Of a DNA stretch of 64,000 bases, positions 47,292 to 55,538 are shown piece by piece. Position 1 is the stretch's first letter, and every line of letters starts with the position of its first letter. A program made the position numbers and the translations under genes. This DNA comes from an uncultured Candidatus Rokubacteria bacterium (lineage in GTDB: Bacteria; Methylomirabilota; Methylomirabilia; Rokubacteriales; DASRDR01), in NCBI GenBank assembly GCA_963805625.1, contig CAWDVE010000004.1:30427-94426 (forward strand), given 5' to 3'. The notes under the pieces were generated by a model. That model had not been told where the DNA came from and ran no database searches. It was given only the letters and a program-made list of their open reading frames with translations.

Positions 47292-48434
47292 TCACCGGTC
47301 GCGGAACGCCGGCATCACGTCCCGGGCGAACCAGCGGAGCTGCTCCATGAAGGCGGCCGCCGGGATCCCTTCCGGCCAGTGGAGCATGATCTGGTCGAGC
47401 CCCGGGTACTTGGCCTCGTACTCCCGGATCAACGCGATGCAGTCGGCTGGCGAGCCGACCATCCAGGCCTTCTGCTCCACACCCTCGCGCAGCAACGGAG
47501 CCCGCGCCGGCGCCCCGGGCGTCCCCCAGGGACGACCCTGCTCGTCCGCGTAGCGGACGAAGCCGAACGGCGCGAACCACTTGTAGCGCTCGTCGTGAGC
47601 GGGCTCGACCCCCCGGATGGCTTCCTCCTTCGACTCCGCCATGTGGAAGCCGAGACCGAGGCAGAGGTCTTCCCCCAGGCGCTTCTCCCGGCCGTGGCGA
47701 GCGCACGCGTCCCGGTAGGTGTGGAAGACCTGGTCGGTGATGCGCTCGCCGTTCAGCGTGACCATGCCCTTCAGATTGTGCTTGGCCAGGAAGTCGATCG
47801 TCTTCCCGCTCGCGATCGGCTGCCAGATCTCGACGGGCCGGTGAATCGGCCGGGGAACCAGGGTGACCTCGGACAGCTCGTAGCCTCGGTACTTCACCCC
47901 CGGGGGGACCGTGTAGTGCTTGCCGCGGTGCGAGAACTGCTCCTCGTGGAGCGCCTTCCACATGAGCTCGAACTGTTCCTCGAACAGCTCGAGGTTCGCC
48001 GCCGCGTCGAGGAGGGGCGCGCCGAAGGACTCGACCTCGCGCGTGTGGTAGCCGCGGCCGATTCCCATGATGACGCGCCCGCCGGTGAGGATGTCCGCGA
48101 CCGCGTAGTCCTCGGCCAGGCGGATCGGGTGCCACATCGGGAGGATGTTGAACGCACAGCCGAACTTGAGCTGGCGCGTCACCGCAGCCAGGTACGTGCC
48201 GACCAGGATCAGGTTCGGGAGGACCTCGTAGCCCTCGCGCTGGAAGTGGTGCTCGGCGGTCCAGAGGCAGTAGTAGCCCTGGTCGTCCATCACCCGCGCG
48301 ACGTCGACCATGGAGCGATAGGCCTCGACGACCCGCTCGTTCGGGTAGCGGCGCTGGTCCGCGGGCGTGCCGTCGCGGCCGACGTTGTCGAGATCGATTT
48401 GGCCAACATACAGGACGGAGAACTTGCGGATCAT
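47292..48434 (-). CDS. Luciferase-like (LLM class) flavin-dependent oxidoreductase
   Basis: ..YYCLWTAEHHFQREGYEVLPN.., ..GRVIMGIGRGYHTREVE... GGAGGAGG SD before ATG 48434. Confidence 0.85.
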   Translation of the reverse strand: MIRKFSVLYVGQIDLDNVGRDGTPADQRRYPNERVVEAYRSMVDVARVMDDQGYYCLWTAEHHFQREGYEVLPNLILVGTYLAAVTRQLKFGCAFNILPMWHPIRLAEDYAVADILTGGRVIMGIGRGYHTREVESFGAPLLDAAANLELFEEQFELMWKALHEEQFSHRGKHYTVPPGVKYRGYELSEVTLVPRPIHRPVEIWQPIASGKTIDFLAKHNLKGMVTLNGERITDQVFHTYRDACARHGREKRLGEDLCLGLGFHMAESKEEAIRGVEPAHDERYKWFAPFGFVRYADEQGRPWGTPGAPARAPLLREGVEQKAWMVGSPADCIALIREYEAKYPGLDQIMLHWPEGIPAAAFMEQLRWFARDVMPAFRDR

Positions 48435-48669
48435 GGAGGCCTCCTCCGCCGGGCGGACTGGCCGTGCGTCATGGGACCGTCAACGGCGCGATTCTAGCAG
48501 AGGCGAGGACGGTCGTCAGGACCCTCAGCAGCCACGCGAAACCCGGGGCGAGATCGTGCGAGAGCGCCGGGTCCAACGAGCGAGGAAGAAGTCTACGCAC
48601 TCGACAGGCGATACTCCCCAGCGCGCCTCCAGAGAGGGATCCGAGCGGTGGGCGAGGTCCGCGTAGCGG

Positions 48670-48685
48670 TGGCACCCGGTTTGCG
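48670..48685 (+). promoter_or_regulatory. Orphan sigma-54 (-24/-12) promoter-like box
   Basis: TGGCAC-ccggt-TTGCG in a 379-bp non-coding gap. No credible plus-strand CDS lies downstream; the next gene is the convergent Uma2 gene. Confidence 0.35.
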
Positions 48686-48813
48686 AACCCCGCTCATGCC
48701 ATCGCGGGACGTGACCTCACGGTCCGTTGTGAAGGATCGAACGGCCAAACGCAGCCCCGGGGGGAGCATGACGGACCGGGCTAGCCAGGCGCATCACAGC
48801 CTCGTACTGGCTG

Positions 48814-49383
48814 TCAGGGCCAGAGCGCAGCAGGGACCAGCGCGAGATCGGGGAAGGGCGGGAGCGACGCGGGGCCGGTGCCGGAGACCCGCGCGATGAG
48901 CGCGCATCGACCCTCGGCGAGGCCGTAGACCTCGACGGTCCGAGCGTCGGCGTCGACGATCCAGTAGTAGGGCACGCTGTATCGCTGATAGAGATCCGTC
49001 TTGATGCTGCGGTCGATCCGGGTCGTCGAGGGCGACAGGATCTCGACGACCAGCGTTGGTGGGCCTTCGATGCCCCGTTCGCTGATGAGGTGCGCCCGAG
49101 TCGGATCCAGGTAGACGAGATCGGGCTGGACGATCGTGGTGTCGGCGAGGATCACGTCGATCGGCGCGTAGAGCACCTCGCCGAAGGCGTGAGCGGCGAG
49201 GTGTGATCTGAGGATCGAGTTGAGGGCGCCGCTGACCCGCTGGTGACGAGTACCCGGAGTGGGTGTCACGGACAGCGCTCCGTCGTGCAGCTCGTACCGC
49301 CGCCCGTCGGCCGGGAGAGCCTCGTAATCACGGTAAGTGAGGACCGCCCGCTCGCCGCTCATGCCCGGATTGTAGGGGCCCAC
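48814..49383 (-). CDS. Uma2-family (DUF820) endonuclease
   Basis: ..YRDYEALPADGRRYELHDGALSVTPTPGTRHQRVSGAL.., ..PDLVYL.., ..PTLVVEILSPST... Confidence 0.8.
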   Translation of the reverse strand: MGPYNPGMSGERAVLTYRDYEALPADGRRYELHDGALSVTPTPGTRHQRVSGALNSILRSHLAAHAFGEVLYAPIDVILADTTIVQPDLVYLDPTRAHLISERGIEGPPTLVVEILSPSTTRIDRSIKTDLYQRYSVPYYWIVDADARTVEVYGLAEGRCALIARVSGTGPASLPPFPDLALVPAALWP

Positions 49384-49395
49384 CCCGGCGAGCGG

Positions 49396-49758
49396 TCAAC
49401 GCGAGCGGCTGTCTGCCGGCGGCCGGCCCGACCGCTGGTGGACACCGAGGGTCTCCTGGTGCGCGAGGAGGTGCCATCGCGCCCGCTCGGCGTCGGCTGG
49501 GTCCTCCCAGCGCACCTGAGGGAGGCGGGCTCGAGCGCTTCTCAGGTGGGGGAGATCGACCCGCCCCTGGGCGTCGTGGTGCGGCAGGTGGCGCGACGTC
49601 GTGCCGTCCGGCGCCACGTGGACGACGGCGAAGGCCTCGTCGGGGAGCGCGGCGACGTAGGTCCGTGTCCATGATGCGGCCGAGGCTCCGGCCGCGAATG
49701 CGAGCGTGCAGACTGCGACGGCCACGAGGCAGCGAGCGATCCGTCGATGTGACGCCAT
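49396..49758 (-). CDS. Secreted hypothetical protein
   Basis: Signal peptide MASHRRIARCLVAVAVCTLAFAAGASA. GGAGGAAA SD. ..LPDEAFAVVHVAPDG..RHLPHHDAQGRVDLPHLRSARARLPQV.. Confidence 0.55.
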   Translation of the reverse strand: MASHRRIARCLVAVAVCTLAFAAGASAASWTRTYVAALPDEAFAVVHVAPDGTTSRHLPHHDAQGRVDLPHLRSARARLPQVRWEDPADAERARWHLLAHQETLGVHQRSGRPPADSRSR

Positions 49759-49994
49759 CGTCCGAGTTTCCTCCGCTCAGCGCGAGCTGACCGAGCGTGG
49801 AGCAAGCACGAGGCCAGGTGTCGGCGTGCCCCGAAGTGCCCACGGCGGAACGACACGGGCGCCAGAGGGGGTGTCTCGGGAAGCGTACGACCGTATCTCG
49901 GTCGGCTTGAGTCAGGGGGCCAGCCGGGCGCGGGGCTGCGGTGGCGTCTGGGCCCCGCGTCCGGCTGGCGACTCTTGACGCCCGAGGAAGGGCG

Positions 49995-50486
49995 CTACTT
50001 CACCTCGCGGAGGCGCCCGGTGCGGACGTCGTAGACGAAGCCGCGCACTTCTCCCCGGTGCGGGACGAAGGGATTCGCCCGGATCCGGGCGATCGACTGG
50101 CGCACGTCCTCGTCGAGGTCGGAGAACGGCTCGAGGGCGAACGGGGGCCGGATCCCGGTCTGCGCCAGGATGTCCCGCTTGAGCTCCTCGTCGGTGAACG
50201 TGAGCATCCCGCAGTCCGTGTGGTGGATCAGGATGATCTCGCGTGTGCCGAGGAGGCGCTGCGAGATCACGAGCGAGCGGATCGCGTCCTCGGTGATCGC
50301 ACCCCCCGCGTTCCGGATCACGTGGGCGTCCCCCTCGTCGAGCCCGAGGAGATCATGGAGGTCGAGTCGCGCGTCCATGCACGCGACGACGGCCACTCCC
50401 TTGGCCGGGGGGAGGGGCAGGGAGCCCTTGGTGAAGGACCCGGCATAGTGCTGGTTGTTCCGGAGAAGCTCGTCCGTGACACTCAT
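49995..50486 (-). CDS. Beta-class carbonic anhydrase
   Basis: Zinc ligand motifs VVACMDAR and IHHTDCGM. Confidence 0.85.
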   Translation of the reverse strand: MSVTDELLRNNQHYAGSFTKGSLPLPPAKGVAVVACMDARLDLHDLLGLDEGDAHVIRNAGGAITEDAIRSLVISQRLLGTREIILIHHTDCGMLTFTDEELKRDILAQTGIRPPFALEPFSDLDEDVRQSIARIRANPFVPHRGEVRGFVYDVRTGRLREVK

Positions 50487-50530
50487 CGTGGGCCTCCTCT
50501 CCGGGCTCCTTCAGGGAGCCGCGGGGCCTG

Positions 50531-50582
50531 GAAACGCAAAAAGCCGAGGGCGGGGCTCGCGGAGCCCGCGCCGCTCGGCTTT
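50531..50582 (-). terminator. Rho-independent terminator after the zinc-ribbon gene
   Basis: On the minus strand there is a roughly 18-bp G/C-rich stem (AAGCCGAGCGGCGCGGGCTC / GAGCCCCGCCCTCGGCTT, two single-nt bulges, 3-nt loop), followed by TTTTTGCGTTTCC. Confidence 0.65.
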
Positions 50583-50624
50583 CGTCTTCTCGTCCGACTC
50601 TCGCCGTGCTGACCTGGTTCGGGG

Positions 50625-50831
50625 TCACTCCCGGTAGTTGAGGGGCACCTCCACCCAGCTCTTGCAGCGAGGACACTTGGCCGCGGCGCGCCCAGTCTTG
50701 GCGCTCACGCGCAGGATCGCGTTCTTCACGACGAGCCCGTCGGGCTCGGGGACGACGATCTTCGTCCGGCACGTAGGGCAGCGACGGCCCTCGACGCCGG
50801 CGAGTGCTCTTACCAGGTGGCCGTCGGCCAT
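50625..50831 (-). CDS. Small zinc-ribbon protein (Com-like CxxC..CxxC)
   Basis: 68 aa: ..RRCPTCRTKIVVPE..AAAKCPRCKSWVEVPL... Flanked by its own promoter and terminator. Confidence 0.6.
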   Translation of the reverse strand: MADGHLVRALAGVEGRRCPTCRTKIVVPEPDGLVVKNAILRVSAKTGRAAAKCPRCKSWVEVPLNYRE

Positions 50832-50895
50832 GTCGGAAAACTACCCATCTTCATCGGAATTGTCAAGATTGAATTCGGGAGTCAAGACAGGAGGG
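50832..50895. repeat. Degenerate third copy of the palindromic-element family
   Basis: Minus strand CTTGACTCCCGAATTCAATCTTGACAATTCCGATGAAGATGG resembles copy 2 minus strand CTTGACTTCCCGACAATTCCCGATGATGCGG. The TTTTCCGACATGG end resembles the arm core TTCCCGACAT. Confidence 0.45.
50838..50866 (-). promoter_or_regulatory. Sigma-70 promoter with leaderless geometry
   Basis: Minus strand: TTGACA (50866-50861), 17-nt spacer, TAGTTT (50843-50838). The ATG of the zinc-ribbon gene (50831) is exactly 7 nt after the -10 box. Confidence 0.55.
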
Positions 50896-50896
50896 C

Positions 50897-52342
50897 CTAG
50901 GAGAGGTCCACCCAGACGCTCTTGACCTCCGTGTAGAGATCGAGCCCGGCCTGGCCAAGCTCCCGGCCGAACCCCGATTCCTTGTAGCCACCGAAGGGCA
51001 GGGCGGCGTCGTAGAGGTTGTAGGCGTTGACCCAAACGGTGCCGGCCCGAAGCGACCGGGCCATCCGGAGCGCCTTGCCGACGTCCCGCGTCCAGACGGC
51101 GGCAGCGAGCCCGTAGAACGTCTCGTTCCCCTGGGCCACGGCGTCGTCGGCGTCCTTGAACGGGATGACGGACAGGACGGGTCCGAAGATCTCCTCGCGG
51201 GCGATCCGCATGCTGTTGCTCACGCCCGTGAACACCGTGGGCTGGAGGAAGTAGCCCCGGCCGTCGCCGACCCGGACGCGCTCGCCGCCGGCCGCGAGCG
51301 TCGCGCCTTCTCGGCGGCCCGCCTCGACGTAGCCCAGCACCGTCTGGAGCTGCTGGGCCGAGACCACCGGGCCCATCCGGGTCCCCTTGTCCATCGGGTC
51401 GCCGACCTTGAGACCCTTGACGCGATCGACGAGCTTCCCGACGAACTCGTCGTGGACACGCTGCTCCACGAGGAGTCGCGATCCGGCGGCGCAGACCTCG
51501 CCCTTGTTGTAGAAGATCCCGGTCATCGCGCCCCGGAGCGCCGCCTCCATGTCCGCGTCCGCGAAGACGACGTTGGGCGACTTTCCCCCGAGCTCGAGCG
51601 ACACGCGCTTGAGCGACGCGGCCGCCTCGCGCATGATGCCCTTGCCCACCTCGGTCGATCCGGTGAAGGCGATCTTGTCGACGCCGGGGTGCCGGACGAG
51701 CGCCATCCCCGCCTTGCCGCCCGGGCCCGGCACCAGGTTGAACACGCCCTCCGGAAGGCCGGCCTCCTGGGTGAGCTCGGCGAAGCGGAGTGCGGTCAAA
51801 GGCGTGAGGGAGGCCGGCTTCAGAACGAGCGTGTTGCCGGCGGCCAGCGCGGGGGCGATCTTCCAGGAGGCGAGCAGGAACGGGAAGTTCCAGGGGACGA
51901 TCGCGCCCACCACGCCGAGGGGCTGGCGGAGCGTGAAGGTGAAGGCGCCGTCGCGAAGGTTGAGGGTCTCCCCGTGGATCTTGGTCGTCCAGCCCGCGTA
52001 GTAGCGGAACACCTCCGCGGCGAAGGGAAGCTCGACCTTCCCGGAGTCGAAGAGCGTCTTGCCCGTGTTGATGCTCTCGAGCCGCGCCATCTCGTCAACG
52101 TTGGCGGTGATCAGGTCGGCGAGCTTCCACAGGACGCGGGCCCGCTCGGCCGCCGCCATCCGGGGCCAGGGACCCTGGTCGAACGCGCGCCGCGCGGCCT
52201 GGACGGCGAGGTCGATGTCCCGCTCGTCACCCTTCGCGACCTGGGCGCTCACTTCCTCCGTGGCGGGGTTGATGGTCGCGTACGTCTCGCCCGACGCCGG
52301 CGGACGCCACTGGCCACCGACGAAGACCTCGCTGGTGTGCAT
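50897..52342 (-). CDS. NAD(P)-dependent aldehyde dehydrogenase
   Basis: ..VGAIVPWNFP.., ..FTGSTEVGK.., ..LELGGKSP.., ..EVCAAGSR.. (catalytic Cys), ..EEIFGPV... Confidence 0.9.
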   Translation of the reverse strand: MHTSEVFVGGQWRPPASGETYATINPATEEVSAQVAKGDERDIDLAVQAARRAFDQGPWPRMAAAERARVLWKLADLITANVDEMARLESINTGKTLFDSGKVELPFAAEVFRYYAGWTTKIHGETLNLRDGAFTFTLRQPLGVVGAIVPWNFPFLLASWKIAPALAAGNTLVLKPASLTPLTALRFAELTQEAGLPEGVFNLVPGPGGKAGMALVRHPGVDKIAFTGSTEVGKGIMREAAASLKRVSLELGGKSPNVVFADADMEAALRGAMTGIFYNKGEVCAAGSRLLVEQRVHDEFVGKLVDRVKGLKVGDPMDKGTRMGPVVSAQQLQTVLGYVEAGRREGATLAAGGERVRVGDGRGYFLQPTVFTGVSNSMRIAREEIFGPVLSVIPFKDADDAVAQGNETFYGLAAAVWTRDVGKALRMARSLRAGTVWVNAYNLYDAALPFGGYKESGFGRELGQAGLDLYTEVKSVWVDLS

Positions 52343-52537
52343 GACCTGCCTCCTGGTCGTCTCGGGACCTGCGGGGGGCCGCTGCCGCGGGCGCGGGCCG
52401 CGCGCACTGCCGTGTTCAACAGTCTAGCCTGCGAGTCACGGCTCCGGAAGCCGCGGCCGGTCGTGCGCTCCGCTCGCTGCGGGCCCTCGGTTCGGCGCGA
52501 CTTGACACCCGAGGCCGCCCGGCGGACAGATGAAGGG

Positions 52538-53734
52538 ATGATGACGCGTCTGGCTCAGCCGGGAGCCGGGGTATCCCGGCGCTGTCTGCTCCGAGGGCTC
52601 GGGGCTGCCGTGCTGGGCGGCCTGGCCGCCGGCTGCGCGACCAACCCGGTCACGGGCCAGTCCGAGCTGATGCTCCTCTCGGAGGAGGAAGAGATCCAGC
52701 TCGGCAAGCAGGCGTTCGGCGAGCTGGCCTGGCAGCAGGGTGGGCCGCTCCGGACCGACCCGGCAACGCAAGGCTACCTCGACGCGATCGTGCGGAAGCT
52801 CCATCAGGTGTCCCACCGCTCGAGCCTCCCCGTCGACTTCACGCTCGAGAGCGCTTCGGAGCCGAACGCGTGGGCGATCCCCGGGCACACCGCCATGAAT
52901 CGAGGCCTTCTCCAGTACCTCGAGAACGAGGCCCAGTTCGCGTTCGTGATGGGGCACGAGATGGGACACGTCGCGGCGCGCCACAGCGCGGCGCGCCAGA
53001 GCCGGGCGACCCTCGGGAGCGCGGGGCTCGGCATCCTCGGCGCCGCGGCCGATGTGGCGGGGCTCGGCGGACTTGGCGGCCTTGCGGTCGGCGCCGCGGG
53101 AGCCGGCACCCAGCTGCTCCTGTTGAGCTACGACCGGGGTCAGGAGCTCCAGGCCGACCAGCTTGGCGCCCTCTACATGGCGCGCGCCGGCTACGATCCC
53201 AACGAGGCGGTCCGCGCCCACGAGGTCCTGAACCGCGCCATCGACGCGCACCTCGCCAACTTGGGCCAGCGCCGGGGGGATCCTTCGGTCATGTCGCAGA
53301 TCCTTTCCACGCATCCCCGACACGAGGAGCGTGTTGCCGAGCTCCAGGCCTACATCAAGACGCTGCCACCCACCGAGGTGCGGATCGAGGGTGACGGGCG
53401 GGACGCCGATCAGTGGCTGCGCCAGACCGAGCCAGTCCGGCGCCTGGCGCCCGCCTACGCCCGGTACGACCGGTCCCTTCAAGCGTTCGCCCTGGCCGCT
53501 CGGGCGGCTCAGCAGAAGCAGGACAGCGTCATGAGGCAGAAGCTCGCCGAGTCTCAGCGCGAGATCGACGCGGCGATCCAGCTCGCCGACCAGGCCCAGT
53601 TCGCCACGCTCCAGGGGTACCTGCTGGCCGTGCAGGGGCGAAAGGGGGAGGCGCGGAGCGCCTTCAATCGCGCTGTCTCGCTGTACCCGGGCTACCAGCC
53701 GGCCATCCGGGCGCTCGCAAGGATCGGCAGCTAG
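52538..53734 (+). CDS. M48-family zinc metalloprotease lipoprotein with C-terminal TPR-like region
   Basis: ATG 52538. Tat/lipobox-like leader SRRCLLRGLGAAVLGGLAAGCA. HExxH in MGHEMGHVAARH. The upstream 362 codons of the ORF-track ORF are antisense to the ALDH gene. Confidence 0.85.
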   Translation: MMTRLAQPGAGVSRRCLLRGLGAAVLGGLAAGCATNPVTGQSELMLLSEEEEIQLGKQAFGELAWQQGGPLRTDPATQGYLDAIVRKLHQVSHRSSLPVDFTLESASEPNAWAIPGHTAMNRGLLQYLENEAQFAFVMGHEMGHVAARHSAARQSRATLGSAGLGILGAAADVAGLGGLGGLAVGAAGAGTQLLLLSYDRGQELQADQLGALYMARAGYDPNEAVRAHEVLNRAIDAHLANLGQRRGDPSVMSQILSTHPRHEERVAELQAYIKTLPPTEVRIEGDGRDADQWLRQTEPVRRLAPAYARYDRSLQAFALAARAAQQKQDSVMRQKLAESQREIDAAIQLADQAQFATLQGYLLAVQGRKGEARSAFNRAVSLYPGYQPAIRALARIGS

Positions 53735-53893
53735 CCAGCGGAGCTCCGGGCGGCGAGCCCCGGTTCCGGCTCGAGCGTCTCGTGCCGGTCGCGGGACACG
53801 GAGACACGTCTCGACCCGGTTTCAGATCAGTCGTTGAGCCGCTCGAGAGTCCGATGGGGCCACGGTCTGCGGCGCGGCCGCGCCCGCCGTCAG

Positions 53894-54040
53894 CTAGAGC
53901 GAGTCGTTGTCGCCTTCTCCCTCGGGTCCGGGCGCAATGCTGTCGGCCTCGTTCGGCGAGGGGAGGGTCTCCGTTTGCTTGAGGGTGGCGCACGCACTCG
54001 CCAGCATCAGTGCCACGAGCCAGACCCCTAGCAGCCACAT
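53894..54040 (-). CDS. Small lipoprotein (48 aa, below the ORF-track cutoff)
   Basis: ATG 54040 is preceded by GAAAGGCGGA. MWLLGVWLVALMLASAC (lipobox LASAC), then an acidic tail ATLKQTETLPSPNEADSIAPGPEGEGDNDSL*. G/C-rich third positions. Confidence 0.4.
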   Translation of the reverse strand: MWLLGVWLVALMLASACATLKQTETLPSPNEADSIAPGPEGEGDNDSL

Positions 54041-54077
54041 AGTGTCCGCCTTTCACCACGATTCGATCGGCGTCCGA

Positions 54078-54302
54078 TCAGGGTTCGGCCTCGCGCCGCG
54101 AAGTCCCGCGCGAGCGTCTCAGGACGCGCAGGCCTCCTCGATCGTGAGCGAGGATCAGGGCTTTCACCGAGATACCGCCGAGCAGGAAGAGTATAACGAT
54201 GGAGAGCGCGAGATCCACGGCCGTCTGGAAATGGAGATTCACCGGCACGATGATGGCGCGGACCCCCCAGACGCCGAGGACGAGCGCACCGGAGCTGACC
54301 AC
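54078..54302 (-). CDS. Small two-TM membrane protein (possibly truncated)
   Basis: GTG start: VVSSGALVLGVWGVRAIIVPVNLHFQTAVDLALSIVILFLLGGISVKALIL... The frame stays open a further 26 codons upstream without a start codon. Confidence 0.35.
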   Translation of the reverse strand: MVSSGALVLGVWGVRAIIVPVNLHFQTAVDLALSIVILFLLGGISVKALILAHDRGGLRVLRRSRGTSRREAEP

Positions 54303-54615
54303 GAGATACTTGTGGGTCTCGATCGTGCGGGGCGAACCCGGCCACGGCGGCTCGGCCGGACGCCGGCAGCAGCAGCGTGGTCAAGAAGGGTGAGCGCGTC
54401 GACGGTGGTCAGCGATCAGAACCGCCGTGTCAGGTTGGCCGTCTCCACGGCGAAGGCGAGCGCGCCGGCCGGCGACCCCAGCGCGCCGCGCCCGCTCGAC
54501 TCGGTCTCGCCCGACCCATCAAAGCCGCCGAGCGCATCAGCCGGCATCACGCGCCTCGCGGGATGCACGGGCGCGCTGACCGTCAGGACCAAGCCGGGCG
54601 TGCTCGACTCCCGAT

Positions 54616-54813
54616 TCAGCACGTGCCATACCAGCCCCACCCGTACCAGCCCCACCCGTACTGCCAGCTGCACTGCGGCGTCGCCGTCACATGAGGTGGG
54701 GGCGGAGGACTGACTCCCGGCCCGAGCGGGGGAGGCGCGGGCACTACATAGCAGCCGGACAGGGCGACGGCGACAAGACTCAGGAGGAGCGTGAGGGTTC
54801 CGATGCGCTTCAT
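54616..54813 (-). CDS. Small lipoprotein with YxWGxW-type repeats
   Basis: MKRIGTLTLLLSLVAVALSGC lipobox, a Pro-rich linker, and C-terminal WQYGWGWYGWGWYGTC encoded by a 15-bp tandem repeat (54629-54658). Confidence 0.65.
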   Translation of the reverse strand: MKRIGTLTLLLSLVAVALSGCYVVPAPPPLGPGVSPPPPPHVTATPQCSWQYGWGWYGWGWYGTC

Positions 54814-54821
54814 GGCTGCTC

Positions 54822-55199
54822 CTACTGGCAGACCTGCTCGGCCCGGGTCGGAATCCAGATCGTCTCCTGCTGCCCGTTCTGCCTCACATGGGTCTCATAG
54901 TGGCCCTCCACCGTCACCGTCTGGCAGTTCTTCGCGGATTCCTGCGAAGAGCCCGAGGCGCCCGGCGCGGAGCTCGGAGTCGCGCTGGACGGCGGAGGTC
55001 CCGTCGCCGGGCCTCCCGGCCGCGGTGGCACGGGTGCCGCTGGGGATGGCGGCACGTAGGGCGGCCGGTATGGTGGGGGGGACGGCGCCGGGTACGGCGG
55101 CGCGTAGGCCGGATAAGCATACGGCGACACCACATAGCATCCGGAGAGACCAGCAGCAGCGAGACCAAAGAAAAGCATCGCGGCCAGCATCCGATTCAT
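54822..55199 (-). CDS. Pro/Tyr-rich lipoprotein (paralogous leader to 54616-54813)
   Basis: ATG 55199 has a GGAGGA SD. MNRMLAAMLFFGLAAAGLSGCYVV.. has the same SGCYVV junction as the neighbouring gene. The 629-aa ORF-track ORF is otherwise antisense to the DUF3300 gene. Confidence 0.65.
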   Translation of the reverse strand: MNRMLAAMLFFGLAAAGLSGCYVVSPYAYPAYAPPYPAPSPPPYRPPYVPPSPAAPVPPRPGGPATGPPPSSATPSSAPGASGSSQESAKNCQTVTVEGHYETHVRQNGQQETIWIPTRAEQVCQ

Positions 55200-55507
55200 C
55201 GTCCGTGTCCTCCGACAGCTTTGGTGCACCGTCTCACGACCCGACGCGGCCGGCCCGCAGGAGGACCCGGCTGCCTTGTTCGGTCGGTGATAACCTACTC
55301 TTTGGACGCTCCGGACGGGCGGGCGATTCCGTCGAAATGGCGCTGCATCGCCGGTCACGCTCCTGCTCGGGGCGCCCCAACCCCACTGGGGCAGCGCTGG
55401 GACATCGCCTGATGGCGAAGGGCCCTCGGGGGCCAGGACCTGCGGCGTACACAACCAGTTCCACTCGCGTATGCGGCGTGGAAACGAGGCGCGTGCCCAA
55501 GGGCCGG

Positions 55508-55523
55508 TGGCACCATCGTTGCT
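55508..55523 (+). promoter_or_regulatory. Sigma-54 (-24/-12) promoter candidate for the DUF3300-DUF2950 operon
   Basis: TGGCAC-catcg-TTGCT, a consensus match. The -12 box ends 15 nt before ATG 55539. Confidence 0.6.
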
Positions 55524-55538
55524 TGATGACGATCCGAG

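Noticed and set aside
48648-48899. 83-aa plus-strand ORF downstream of the orphan sigma-54 box.
   Set aside because: Codon bias is weak, the product is Arg-rich, and it largely overlaps the Uma2 gene antisense. Its first ATG lies upstream of the predicted transcription start.
51452-52537. N-terminal 362 codons of the 760-aa ORF 51452-53734.
   Set aside because: This part is antisense to the aldehyde dehydrogenase gene. The M48 protease signal peptide and lipobox begin at ATG 52538.
53907-54713. 268-aa plus-strand ORF, and the 54416-54673 minus-strand ORF start.
   Set aside because: There are no motifs, and the composition is Ser/Arg/Ala-rich. Both overlap the better-supported small minus-strand lipoprotein and membrane ORFs. 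Only the distal 43 codons of 54416-54673 might be real.
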